The translations under genes and the position numbers were made by a program. Below, in pieces: positions 1 through 9,321 of a stretch of DNA of 64,000 nucleotides. Source of the DNA: Bacteroidales bacterium (GTDB lineage: Bacteria; Bacteroidota; Bacteroidia; Bacteroidales; WCHB1-69); NCBI GenBank assembly GCA_017649855.1, contig JAGCGA010000019.1:7645-71644 (forward strand), written 5' to 3'. The notes beneath the pieces are model-generated. The model was not told the DNA's origin. It made no database searches and worked only from the letters and a program-made list of their open reading frames with translations. Each line of letters begins with the position of its first letter. Position 1 is the first letter of the stretch.

Positions 1-569
1 GTGATCTCCCGAATGTTGATCTCCGGATTGAAATTGGTGGCAAAAGCCTTGCCATGGTCACCAGCGTTGCAGTCCACAATGTCCAGATAATGAATCTCGT
101 CGAAATAATGCTTGGCTGCATAGGCGGTGTAAATGCTGGTAACACCCGGGTCAAAGCCACAACCTAAGAGAGCCATGATGCCAGCCTCTTTGAAACGGTC
201 CTGATAAGCCCACTGCCAACTGTACTCAAACTTGGCCTTGTCGCGAGGTTCATAGTTGGCTGTGTCCATATAGTTAGTCTTGGTGGCCAGACAGGCATCC
301 ATCAAGGGCAGATCCTGATAGGGCAACGCCACATTGATCAACAAATCAGGACGATGCTTCTCAATCAATTTGATCGTTTCCGGAACATTGTCCGCATCTA
401 CCTGATCCGTGACAATACGGTTCCCGCCGATTTCCGCTGCTATTTTGTCACATTTGGACTTTGTTCGGGAAGCCAGTACGATTTCTGTGAACACCTCGGG
501 TACAGAGGCACATTTGTGGGCCACCACGGCTCCAACGCCTCCAGCTCCTATTATCAATACTTTTGCCAT
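1..569 (-). CDS. Saccharopine dehydrogenase-family protein, likely carboxy(nor)spermidine dehydrogenase. N-terminal part only; the gene continues past the left edge of the window.
   Basis: Hand translation of the reverse strand from the ATG (CAT at 567-569) gives MAKVLIIGAGGVGAVVAHKCA...GCGFDPGVTS...NAGDHG. This is a Rossmann GxGxxG start plus motifs typical of the saccharopine/carboxynorspermidine dehydrogenase family. It is open to position 1 and absent from the ORF track because it is truncated. Confidence 0.8.
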   Translation of the reverse strand, partial: MAKVLIIGAGGVGAVVAHKCASVPEVFTEIVLASRTKSKCDKIAAEIGGNRIVTDQVDADNVPETIKLIEKHRPDLLINVALPYQDLPLMDACLATKTNYMDTANYEPRDKAKFEYSWQWAYQDRFKEAGIMALLGCGFDPGVTSIYTAYAAKHYFDEIHYLDIVDCNAGDHGKAFATNFNPEINIREI

Positions 570-977
570 AAGATTGTATTTAAAGTTTTTCAAAAAATAA
601 TGCGCAAAACTACTGAAAAATATTGGATAATACGGCACCTTCCCGAAAAAAACTTTTTGCTCCCCCTCTCGCTGGCTATTCTAAACTTCCCCTTTTTATA
701 GGGTCCCAATGAGTCTGTTGTTGATAAATTATGAAAAATATAATCAACTGTTTGCTTTCGACCTTTTTCATGATGAAACCATCAACTATGGCTGGATTTT
801 CGTTGAATGTGAGGTAAATATTGACATTCTTCAAAAAACAATCATTGTTGCCATTTTTAAATTGTTTTTCGCTTGTTTTATTCGCTGAACATACAAATAT
901 AGCCATCTAGAGCTCGATTTCGTCGATATTTATGTTTTTATTATTTTTAATTCATGATTTATTAAAACTTATAAGAA

Positions 978-1739
978 ATGAAAATGCCGATATTGATATC
1001 AGTTTTGGTAAAAGAAGAAAAGACAGCTGCTACGCTAAAAGATTCATTGACAAAGTTTTCCATCTGCAAACAGGTCTTGATTCTCGCAGATACAGAAGAG
1101 GCCTTGGAGTATCTCAATCAAGGAGAATGCGCCCTGCTTTTTATCGATGAAGATTATTTGAATGTGCTATATACGGCTCATAAACCTATATTTATTGTTC
1201 CGATTTGCAAAAAAATCAACATTAATAGGATGAGACGGATGATGAAAAGCGGATGTTTTGACGTTATGGTCTATGAGCACCTGGAGGATCAACTAAAAGC
1301 CGTGCTGGGAAAAATCATCAAAATTCATACCCACTACGCTTCCAGAAATAAAAACCATAACACCGTTTCCGAAAAGGAGGCAGATTATGGCACTTCCCTG
1401 GCCCGATATATCTTCACGGAAGAATCCATCTTCCTGCCTGCCACCAAGAGCGAGGCAGCCGTGAGGATTCTGCTGAAGGAGATCCTGTACATCAAACTTT
1501 TGGACAATAAAATCCGGTTCTTTATGGAAAACGGCGAGTGCTTTGAGAGAAGAAAGTCGCTGCGGTACTTTATCAACAAGCTCCCGGATCACATTTTTCA
1601 GAAGATAAACCAAAAGACCATCGTGAATGTTCAAAAGATAGACCAGATAAAAAGGGGGGACACCTGCTGTATTGGGGATATCCATTTTAAAATCACACGG
1701 TCTTTCAAAGCGGAACTGAAACGAAAACTACCGCTTTGA
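978..1739 (+). CDS. LytTR-family DNA-binding response-regulator-like protein, with no sensor kinase adjacent
   Basis: 253 aa. The N-terminal half is receiver-like (LLFIDEDY). The C-terminal ~100 aa matches the LytTR pattern (ILYIKLLDNKIRFFMENGECFERRKSLRYFINKLPDHIFQKINQKTIVNVQKIDQI). Confidence 0.72.
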   Translation: MKMPILISVLVKEEKTAATLKDSLTKFSICKQVLILADTEEALEYLNQGECALLFIDEDYLNVLYTAHKPIFIVPICKKININRMRRMMKSGCFDVMVYEHLEDQLKAVLGKIIKIHTHYASRNKNHNTVSEKEADYGTSLARYIFTEESIFLPATKSEAAVRILLKEILYIKLLDNKIRFFMENGECFERRKSLRYFINKLPDHIFQKINQKTIVNVQKIDQIKRGDTCCIGDIHFKITRSFKAELKRKLPL

Positions 1740-1833
1740 ACCTGTGTATGACGAAATCTCAAGATGGAAGATAATGCGATGGGCCGGTCAAAAATAGAAT
1801 TGGACAAAATAATCGTGACGACGGTATTTTTAT

Positions 1834-1841
1834 TATTTTTG
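1834..1841 (+). promoter_or_regulatory. Bacteroidota sigma-A -7 box (TAttTTTG) upstream of tRNA-Arg
   Basis: TATTTTTG followed by GCCGCC, 9 nt before the tRNA 5' end. It matches the published Bacteroides/Flavobacterium -7 consensus TAnnTTTG. Confidence 0.6.
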
Positions 1842-1850
1842 CCGCCCATT

Positions 1851-1922
1851 GGTCTTGTAGTTCAATGGATAGAACAAAGGTTTCCTAAACCTTAGATCTG
1901 GGTTCGATTCCCAGCGAGACTA
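1851..1922 (+). tRNA. tRNA-Arg (anticodon CCT)
   Basis: Cloverleaf folded by hand: acceptor GGTCTTG/CGAGACT, D arm GTTC-AATGGATA-GAAC, anticodon arm AAGGT-TTCCTAA-ACCTT, T arm CTGGG-TTCGATT-CCCAG. 72 nt, no encoded CCA. Confidence 0.85.
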
Positions 1923-2134
1923 CTTTCCTCTTCGCAAGGCTATTTCAAACCCCATTTTTTGCTTTCAACAAACAAATAGCACCCTGCATTCGTGCTATCT
2001 TTTTGATTATAAGGACATATTGTCAAAAGAGGTTAAATGCGGCCGTATTTTACGAAAAATGAATGGGAAGTGTTAGGAATAAAAAAAGGGCGAAATTGGG
2101 CAAAATATAACTCAACTAGTTAACTATTAGAAGT

Positions 2135-4009
2135 TTACGATTTATTATTGAGATATATCATCAAAACGGTAATGTCAGAAGGGCTGACGCCGCTGATGCG
2201 GGATGCTTGACCCAGATTATGGGGTTTAACCTTGGATAATTTTTCGCGGGCCTCTTTCGAGATGCTGGTTAAAGAGCGGTAGTCGAAATCGGGAGAAATC
2301 TTGATGTGATCAAGTTGGGAAAATTTTTGAACAAGGGCCTCTTCTTTCTGAATATAATTTTCATATTTGATGCGGGTCTCCACATTCTTGATTTGCTCGG
2401 ATGAAAAGTTGTGCTGGTTCAAAAAATGAGAAAATTCATGATCCGTCAGCATAATATCCTCGATAGAAATCTGGGGACGAAGGAGTATTTGCGACAATTT
2501 GACATTATGGATGAGCGGGGCTGATTCCTTTTGCTCCAATAATGGATTATATTCAACGAGGTTGGTCAGATGAGTTCCGAGATACTCTTCGATTTGTTGC
2601 TGGTTTTGGTATTTACGTTCAAAACGTGCAAACTGCTCGTCATCCAAAAGTCCCAATTCATGTCCGAGCGGAGATAACCGATAATCAGCATTATCCTGGC
2701 GCAAGAGGATCCTATATTCAGCACGGGAGGTGAACATGCGGTATGGGTCTTGCACTCCTTTGGTGATCAGATCATCGATAAGAACGCCGATATATGCTTG
2801 GGAGCGTTTAAGGATAAACGGCTCTTTCTCGTGAATGGAGAGATGGGCGTTGATACCGGCCATCAGTCCTTGGCAGGCTGCCTCCTCATAGCCTGTTGTT
2901 CCGTTAACCTGTCCTGCCAAATAGAGATTTGGAACACATTTGGATTCGAGCGTATAATGCAATTGGGTGGGATCAAAATAGTCGTACTCGATCGCATAGC
3001 CCGGGCGATAAATCACCGCCTCCTCTAACCCCGGTATTTGATGCATGGCTTCTATCTGCACCTCTTCAGGGAGCGAGGATGAGAAACCGTTGAGATAATA
3101 TTCGGTTGTATGGCGACCTTCAGGTTCAAGGAAAAGTTGGTGGTGGTCTTTGTCGGCAAAACGCACGATCTTATCCTCGATAGAGGGACAATAACGAGGT
3201 CCGACGCCTTGGATTCGTCCTTGAAAAAGCGGAGACTTTTCAAAGCCTGTTTGCAGAATCTCGTGTACCCGGGAATTGGTATAGGTAATCCAACAACTAA
3301 GTTGGTCAGAAACCGGGGCGGTGGGTGTAAAGGAGAAGGTTTGCGGATCAGGATCACCGGGTTGTTCTTCCATACGGGAGAACTGAATAGTGCGTCCGTC
3401 AATTCTGACAGGGGTGCCTGTTTTCAGCTTTTTAGTATCTATCCCCCGCTCCTTAAGTTGATCGGAAAGGGAAAAAGAGGCAGACTCGCCAATACGGCCA
3501 CCAGCAAAATTGACCTCTCCCACATGGATTCGACCATTGAGGAAAGTGCCATTCGTGAGGATAATCTTGGAAGCATAGAGCGTTTTTCCCAATTGGGTGA
3601 CAACACCAACTGCGCAATCATGGTCGAAGAGGAGTTGCGTGACGGTATCCTGACGGAGATAAAGATTGGGGGTTTGCTGGAGCACAGAAAGCCAAAGAAG
3701 GGAAAATTGTGCCTTGTCGCATTGGGCGCGCGGACTCCACATGGCCGGCCCCTTGGATCTTCCCAACATCCTGAATTGGATGGTTGCTTGATCGGTTACC
3801 ACTCCCGACATTCCCCCAAGGGCATCAATCTCGCGGACGATTTGTCCTTTGGCCACCCCACCCATAGCGGGGTTGCAAGACATCTGCGCCACCAGGGCAA
3901 GGTTCATGGTCACTAGCAATGTGCGACTCCCCAAACGCGCCGCTGCTACCGCCGCTTCGCATCCGGCATGACCCGCACCCACTACTATAACATCATATCG
4001 CTCGACCAT
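2135..4009 (-). CDS. mnmG: tRNA uridine 5-carboxymethylaminomethyl modification enzyme MnmG (GidA)
   Basis: 624 aa. N-terminal FAD motif YDVIVVGAGHAGCEAA, then GPRYCPSIEDK and the GTTGYEEAA.QGL.AG motif, which are characteristic of MnmG. Confidence 0.97.
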   Translation of the reverse strand: MVERYDVIVVGAGHAGCEAAVAAARLGSRTLLVTMNLALVAQMSCNPAMGGVAKGQIVREIDALGGMSGVVTDQATIQFRMLGRSKGPAMWSPRAQCDKAQFSLLWLSVLQQTPNLYLRQDTVTQLLFDHDCAVGVVTQLGKTLYASKIILTNGTFLNGRIHVGEVNFAGGRIGESASFSLSDQLKERGIDTKKLKTGTPVRIDGRTIQFSRMEEQPGDPDPQTFSFTPTAPVSDQLSCWITYTNSRVHEILQTGFEKSPLFQGRIQGVGPRYCPSIEDKIVRFADKDHHQLFLEPEGRHTTEYYLNGFSSSLPEEVQIEAMHQIPGLEEAVIYRPGYAIEYDYFDPTQLHYTLESKCVPNLYLAGQVNGTTGYEEAACQGLMAGINAHLSIHEKEPFILKRSQAYIGVLIDDLITKGVQDPYRMFTSRAEYRILLRQDNADYRLSPLGHELGLLDDEQFARFERKYQNQQQIEEYLGTHLTNLVEYNPLLEQKESAPLIHNVKLSQILLRPQISIEDIMLTDHEFSHFLNQHNFSSEQIKNVETRIKYENYIQKEEALVQKFSQLDHIKISPDFDYRSLTSISKEAREKLSKVKPHNLGQASRISGVSPSDITVLMIYLNNKS

Positions 4010-4053
4010 GTTTTACGTAAAACAGTGTTTTTAAATTTATACTAATCAGGAAT

Positions 4054-4479
4054 TTATGCGCCAAAACTTTGGTGAAACAAGTCAATATATTGATTCTCTT
4101 TCTGACGCATGACTACTGCTTCCTCTGGCAATTTATCCTTATAGCCACACAAGTGAAGCACCCCATGAACCATCACTCGCAAGCGCTCGTCCTCAATAGG
4201 GACATGCAAGGATTCGGCATTTTCTTGGACACGATCCACACTGATGAAAATCTCTCCCGAGACACACTCCCCTACCCGATTGTCAAAGGTAATAATGTCC
4301 GTAAGGGTATCATGGTTCAGAAACTGGATATTGCGCTGCAACAGGTCTTGATCGTTACAGAACACATATTGGATGTCGCCCGGCTGCAAGCCCTCCGACC
4401 GGATGACTGCTTTCAACCAGGTTTTGTGGTGAACATCACAAGGAAAAACCACGGGACTGAGATAAGAAAAGGTGATCAT
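4054..4479 (-). CDS. ybeY: rRNA maturation endoribonuclease YbeY
   Basis: 141 aa with the zinc-binding HGVLHLCGYKD motif. Confidence 0.93.
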   Translation of the reverse strand: MITFSYLSPVVFPCDVHHKTWLKAVIRSEGLQPGDIQYVFCNDQDLLQRNIQFLNHDTLTDIITFDNRVGECVSGEIFISVDRVQENAESLHVPIEDERLRVMVHGVLHLCGYKDKLPEEAVVMRQKENQYIDLFHQSFGA

Positions 4480-4481
4480 AA

Positions 4482-5534
4482 TTAGGGTATGTAGATTTTA
4501 TGAGAGATCTTGCCTCGTTGGGTTTGATAGGTGACTACATATACATTGGCTGCCAGTTTGTCTAAGGGGAAAAAATAGACGATATCATCTCCCCTACCCT
4601 CAAATTTACGCATTAAACGCCCTTCAAGGGAAGTGACCGTCAAGGTGAAGGGCTGATAATCCTGAGTGGAAAGTTCCAGACTATGGTTGGAGTTATGGTA
4701 GAATATCTGGACTTGGGGAATATCCATATCCTGGATTGACGTACTGTCACTGGTCGGAACCGTGTCTGCGGTAACAAACCATTTCGACAGGCTGTCGTAA
4801 ACCAAAAGGGATACAGCCTCTCGGGCCCGTTGCGCCTGCTGCGATTCCAAGGTGCTGGAGAAAGAAATCAAGCGGGGGTCTTTTTGAAAAAAGACGGTGT
4901 AAAAACAACAAGCGGCAATGTAGGTTCCCATAAGGGAGGGATGACTTCCATCGGAACTGTATAATTCAATGTCGGGGTAATGGTCACGCATATAATGCCA
5001 CACGTAGCCTACCGGGGAGACCCATGCTTGATTGTCTTGGGCCATCATCATGTAGCGTGCATACAAAAGGCTATCCATACCTTCATAGGTGTCCAGAGGT
5101 GGATAAAACTGGGCATTCTGATGATCGCCGTTTTTACGGCCCCAAGTCATGTAAAAAACAATATGGGAATCGGCATTATATTGGCGAATCATATCGCACA
5201 GCTGCTGTGCATAAGGATAAGATTCGTTCATGAACTGGCTGATAGGAAAAGAAGGCAGCTGACTCTGTTCTTGCAAAACCACATAGTCCCAACCTCCCTG
5301 CTGGATATAGGGAGCTGCTCCGGACACATGCTGCTGAAAGGTGCAACCGCCAGGGGTATGACTCTGGAAAACGAGGGTGTCACCCATCGATTCAGCGATA
5401 TCGTGAACCATCTGAGGCAGATTATTCACTTCGGTGTAACTATTGCCAATGAAAAGAGCTCTATAAGATTGGCCAAACAGGGAAAAACCAAATAGGAAGA
5501 AGCAAAAGGCAGTTATAAGAAATCGTCTCATCAC
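4482..5534 (-). CDS. Secreted SGNH/DUF4886-like hydrolase with a T9SS C-terminal sorting domain
   Basis: Signal peptide MMRRFLITAFCFFLFGFSLFGQ. LFIGNSYTEVNNLPQMV is typical of the DUF4886/SGNH-like fold. The last ~80 aa are beta-rich and end ...VYVVTYQTQRGKISHKIYIP, like type-A T9SS C-terminal domains (CTDs). Confidence 0.6.
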   Translation of the reverse strand: MMRRFLITAFCFFLFGFSLFGQSYRALFIGNSYTEVNNLPQMVHDIAESMGDTLVFQSHTPGGCTFQQHVSGAAPYIQQGGWDYVVLQEQSQLPSFPISQFMNESYPYAQQLCDMIRQYNADSHIVFYMTWGRKNGDHQNAQFYPPLDTYEGMDSLLYARYMMMAQDNQAWVSPVGYVWHYMRDHYPDIELYSSDGSHPSLMGTYIAACCFYTVFFQKDPRLISFSSTLESQQAQRAREAVSLLVYDSLSKWFVTADTVPTSDSTSIQDMDIPQVQIFYHNSNHSLELSTQDYQPFTLTVTSLEGRLMRKFEGRGDDIVYFFPLDKLAANVYVVTYQTQRGKISHKIYIP

Positions 5535-5953
5535 AAGTAGGATTCTTTGGTTTGCATCACCTCTTGGAAGGTGCGTTTGGAAACAGTTTGATGAGGTTTT
5601 ACGTAAAAACTTATTGTAAGTGATTGTAAATCATCACTTAACGTATAATCATCGATTAAAACACACCAAACATTGTCCTCCTGGAGTTTCGGGGTCAAAT
5701 TTTCCAAAAAACGGAAAACGGGCTGGTCTGCGGAATAGGCAAATACCAGCTCATTATTCTCCACATGGGCATTCAGGTCTATCGTGAAGTCGGCCGGATC
5801 AGAAAGGATATGTTCTATGATATTCTGATTGGCCATCTCTATCACGCCCCGCTGCTCGCCAACAGCATATTTATCGCATAAGTACTCAATCATGGATTGG
5901 GACTTGCGATATAAATTGTCCCTATTTAACTCGTTTAATTCAAAATATATCAT
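5531..5953 (-). CDS. Hypothetical cytoplasmic protein (140 aa)
   Basis: Clean ORF with a 4-nt ATGA overlap onto the downstream gene and 11 nt from the upstream gene, which suggests an operon. No recognisable motif. Confidence 0.5.
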   Translation of the reverse strand: MIYFELNELNRDNLYRKSQSMIEYLCDKYAVGEQRGVIEMANQNIIEHILSDPADFTIDLNAHVENNELVFAYSADQPVFRFLENLTPKLQEDNVWCVLIDDYTLSDDLQSLTISFYVKPHQTVSKRTFQEVMQTKESYL

Positions 5954-5964
5954 ATAACTGCTTT

Positions 5965-8900
5965 TTAATCAATATTATAAAAATATTCGTTGGCTTTCTC
6001 CTTATAGTAGTGGTTCAATTCGGCAGGTACCGAACGCAACATCTCGTTCTGCTGTTGGTGATTCACATCAAAATTCCACTCTTTAGGCGGATTCAACTGC
6101 GGAATATACTTGGCTTCATTGGACTTGCGCTCCTCATCCTTCTCTTTCTCAATATCGGCTCTCTCGCTCTTTAAAAGCCTCGTAGTGATGGATTGTTGAC
6201 GTTGGATGGTCTGCTGCGTCAGCGTCCTGTTTACGAGCTCTTTTTCGGTCTTTTTCATGTCATTGATGAGCTGCTCCAGCGACTTGTCCCCTACCCCGTT
6301 TTCAGACTTCATCTCATTGTTATAATCTTCCAGCATCTTGCGAATGGCTTCCTGCTGGGCGGCCATCTTGGCAAACTTCTCACTCATCTGCTGCTGCTGG
6401 CCGGTCTGACCCTGCTGACCGTCTTTTTCCATACTCTTCTTCAAAGCCTCCATCTGACGGTTCAACTGCTGCTGCAACTCCCGTGCCGAGGTCTTCTTGC
6501 TCTTTCCCTTACCGCCTGGCTTACTGCAGGAGCCATTGCCAGACTTGTTGCACTTCGACTTGCACTCCTCTTTCTTCTTCTGCATCTCTTGCAACGATTC
6601 GTTCAGCATCAGGGCAAGGTTATTCATGGAAGTGAGCGCGAATTGCTGATTCTTGGCAGCATTGGCCATTCTACGGTCGTTCATTTCCGTCTGAGTTGTG
6701 CTTAAATAATCCTCTATCTTGGAAACTTCCGTCTGGATGAACGGTTTCACCGACATCTGTCGTCGCGCCAAAGCATTCAAGGAGTCGGCAATGTGAGCCA
6801 TATTGTTCTTGACTTGGAACTGCTCCAACATCAAATCGGAAGCCTTTGAAGAACGGGAAGGTACCTTCTGTGTGGAGGTCATGATAGACTCCTGACTGAA
6901 GGAAATCTTGACCAAATTATCCAGAATCTGCCGTAAGGTCTCTATGTCCTCGGACACACTCTCCAATTCACTCTCATTGAAATCCTGCTCCATCTGGTCA
7001 GCCAACCGATCCATATCCTCAGCTGCCTTCTTTTGATTGTCGGAAGACTTGGATCTGTTGTTTTTGTCTAGGTTCTGGGAGCTTTGCTGTAGCTGATTAT
7101 CAATCTGTTGCTGAAGATCTTTGGTATCCTTGAACTTGGTCGGTTCCTCCAATTCACTATTCATCTTCAGCAGCTCCTGAATTTCTTTCTTGACCTCGTT
7201 ATACTGTTCCTGAATCTGCTTCTGTTTCTGTTGAACCTGGTCTTTGGAAATGCTCTTGTTTTCGGTATTTTTGGCATTTTTGTCCAGTTCTTCCGACAAA
7301 TTACGCAGATTTTGAACCGCTTCATTCAACTTTTTCTCAACCTCCAATTGCTTATATAACTGCAATTGCTGATCAAGAGTCTTGTTGATGTCCTCTGTGT
7401 TGTTCTTTAACTTCTGAACCTGTTTTTGGACATCATCTTTCTTCACCGACTGGTTCATCATTTGCTGGAGTTTGTCCATCATCTGTTTCATTTCATCCGA
7501 CAACACATCCTCCATTCTCTTCTGCAATTCTTGCTGTTTCTTTAATATATCTTCTTGGATATCTTTATATTGCGATTCAATAGCCTGGTTATTTTTCTGT
7601 TGGTTCTGAAGCTTGTTGATAGCCTCTTTCAAATCCTGATACTGGTTCATCAGTTGCTCCAGTTTTTTCTTGTCTTGCCAACTTAACTCCTTCTCCTGCA
7701 TCATCTGCTTTTGCAGTTTCTCAATATCCTTCATCAACTGGGCAGACTCGGAAACCAGATTGGAAAAGTCGGACATCACTTCCTTTTCAGACTTGTCCAG
7801 ATCCTCATTAATCTCGTCAAGGGTTTTAACTCGATAGGTCGCGGTTGTGGATTTGGCCGCCTTAGGACCGTTCACGCCATCATTATCGTAGATTTTAAAA
7901 TAATAATTGATTTTTTCACCCGGCTTCAGATCGAAGGAGTTGGCGTCAAAATAATAGTAAAAATCCTGCAGGGTAACATGATTTTGAATGGCAATATTGA
8001 CCACCTGGTTTTGTTTGGTCAAGTGACCCTCCGCATCATACAAGTCATAGACAAACTGCAATTTGGAGAAACCGTAGTCGTCTTTGATGTTGCCCTTGAA
8101 ATAGTATCGCTCACTATACGCGGAATCCTGCTGGCTCATCACCACAATTTCGGGATAGAGATCTTTAATCACTGTGATGTTATCGGAAATCGTATCGCGA
8201 CTAGTGAAATATGAATTTTTGTTAAAAAGGGCATAAGAGAAGGAATTCCTGGCCACCTTCTGAAAAACGAACTGATCATTATCCGAGGTGATGGTTTTGG
8301 TTTCACCATCCACAATAAATATCAGATTATCAGAATTTTTAGTGAAAAATTTCCATTCTATCCGTGTGCCTTCCGGAACCGTGGCATTCCCTATATTTTC
8401 CAAAACCTCGTCGGGTTTGTTCAGATAAGCAGGGTAGTGCAACTGCATTTCATATCCGATAGTTACGGGTTTCGGTAAGACTTCCACCGTATAGGTAACA
8501 GAGGAAAACTCGTCCGTAAACAATTGAAAATCTACATTTTGCTGAATATTAGAAAAAACGTAGTCATATTCCGTATTGGAAATCTTATGGCACTTGTAGG
8601 AACGATTTTTGTACTTGATGAACAATTCATCCGGCACTTCGTCTCCCTCCACTTTGATTTGCACGGTGAAATCATCATGTTGAAAAGCCCGCATATTGCG
8701 ATTGGTGACAACGATAGAGTAGGGGGCTGGTTTTTCAAATTCTGTGCTATAATGTACAATTCTTTGGGTTGGTTCGATGAAAAGTTCTTTCTTTAAGGCA
8801 AAAAGAAGAATGAAAAGCAGAATAGGGATCAAAGCAAAGCGGGCAAACTTCTTTGTCTTTTCAAAAGGGATGGCCTGAATAAAGGAAAAAGGCTTTAAAG

Positions 8901-9321
8901 ACTCTATCTTGGTGTCAATTGCAGCTGCCAAGAGGTCGTAGCTTTGATAATTCCCATTGTCCATTTGCTTTTGCAGCTCAAAAAGATTGAGGAGTTTGTC
9001 ATCTATCTCTTCAAAATGTTGTCCGATGATATGCGCGATCTCTTCTTGTGTCAGTTGTTTTCCAAGCCCGAAAATTTTAGTGACAGGTATGATGATATAG
9101 GCAATCAGGGTGGCAAGGCTCAAAGCAATGAAAGAGAAAAACAGCACCGTACGAACGGCGGTGTTGGAGTAGGAAAAATATTCAAAGAGAGAAAACAAGA
9201 TAAACACCGAAAGAAGAATCAGAATAAGATATACAATTCCCCTATACAGTTTGTTGAGATAAAACTGTTTTAAAAATTGATGGATTTTATCTTGTAATAT
9301 TTGAATATTAGATGATTTCAT
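5965..9321 (-). CDS. Very large membrane-anchored coiled-coil protein, possibly DUF4175-like
   Basis: The ORF is open to 9366 (1133 aa). The start at 9321 (MKSSNIQ...) is preferred because it reduces the overlap with the upstream gene to 14 nt. It has N-terminal TM helices, a beta-rich middle, roughly 500 aa of Q/K/E/N-rich heptad-like sequence, and a Cys/Lys patch CKSKCNKSGNGSCSKPGGKGKSKK. Confidence 0.7.
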   Translation of the reverse strand: MKSSNIQILQDKIHQFLKQFYLNKLYRGIVYLILILLSVFILFSLFEYFSYSNTAVRTVLFFSFIALSLATLIAYIIIPVTKIFGLGKQLTQEEIAHIIGQHFEEIDDKLLNLFELQKQMDNGNYQSYDLLAAAIDTKIESLKPFSFIQAIPFEKTKKFARFALIPILLFILLFALKKELFIEPTQRIVHYSTEFEKPAPYSIVVTNRNMRAFQHDDFTVQIKVEGDEVPDELFIKYKNRSYKCHKISNTEYDYVFSNIQQNVDFQLFTDEFSSVTYTVEVLPKPVTIGYEMQLHYPAYLNKPDEVLENIGNATVPEGTRIEWKFFTKNSDNLIFIVDGETKTITSDNDQFVFQKVARNSFSYALFNKNSYFTSRDTISDNITVIKDLYPEIVVMSQQDSAYSERYYFKGNIKDDYGFSKLQFVYDLYDAEGHLTKQNQVVNIAIQNHVTLQDFYYYFDANSFDLKPGEKINYYFKIYDNDGVNGPKAAKSTTATYRVKTLDEINEDLDKSEKEVMSDFSNLVSESAQLMKDIEKLQKQMMQEKELSWQDKKKLEQLMNQYQDLKEAINKLQNQQKNNQAIESQYKDIQEDILKKQQELQKRMEDVLSDEMKQMMDKLQQMMNQSVKKDDVQKQVQKLKNNTEDINKTLDQQLQLYKQLEVEKKLNEAVQNLRNLSEELDKNAKNTENKSISKDQVQQKQKQIQEQYNEVKKEIQELLKMNSELEEPTKFKDTKDLQQQIDNQLQQSSQNLDKNNRSKSSDNQKKAAEDMDRLADQMEQDFNESELESVSEDIETLRQILDNLVKISFSQESIMTSTQKVPSRSSKASDLMLEQFQVKNNMAHIADSLNALARRQMSVKPFIQTEVSKIEDYLSTTQTEMNDRRMANAAKNQQFALTSMNNLALMLNESLQEMQKKKEECKSKCNKSGNGSCSKPGGKGKSKKTSARELQQQLNRQMEALKKSMEKDGQQGQTGQQQQMSEKFAKMAAQQEAIRKMLEDYNNEMKSENGVGDKSLEQLINDMKKTEKELVNRTLTQQTIQRQQSITTRLLKSERADIEKEKDEERKSNEAKYIPQLNPPKEWNFDVNHQQQNEMLRSVPAELNHYYKEKANEYFYNID

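Noticed and set aside
676-906. A 76-aa minus-strand ORF between the dehydrogenase gene and the LytTR regulator.
   Set aside because: It is AT-rich and low-complexity with no recognisable signal or motif, and it occupies the likely promoter region of both flanking divergent genes. Coding cannot be excluded, but there is no positive evidence.
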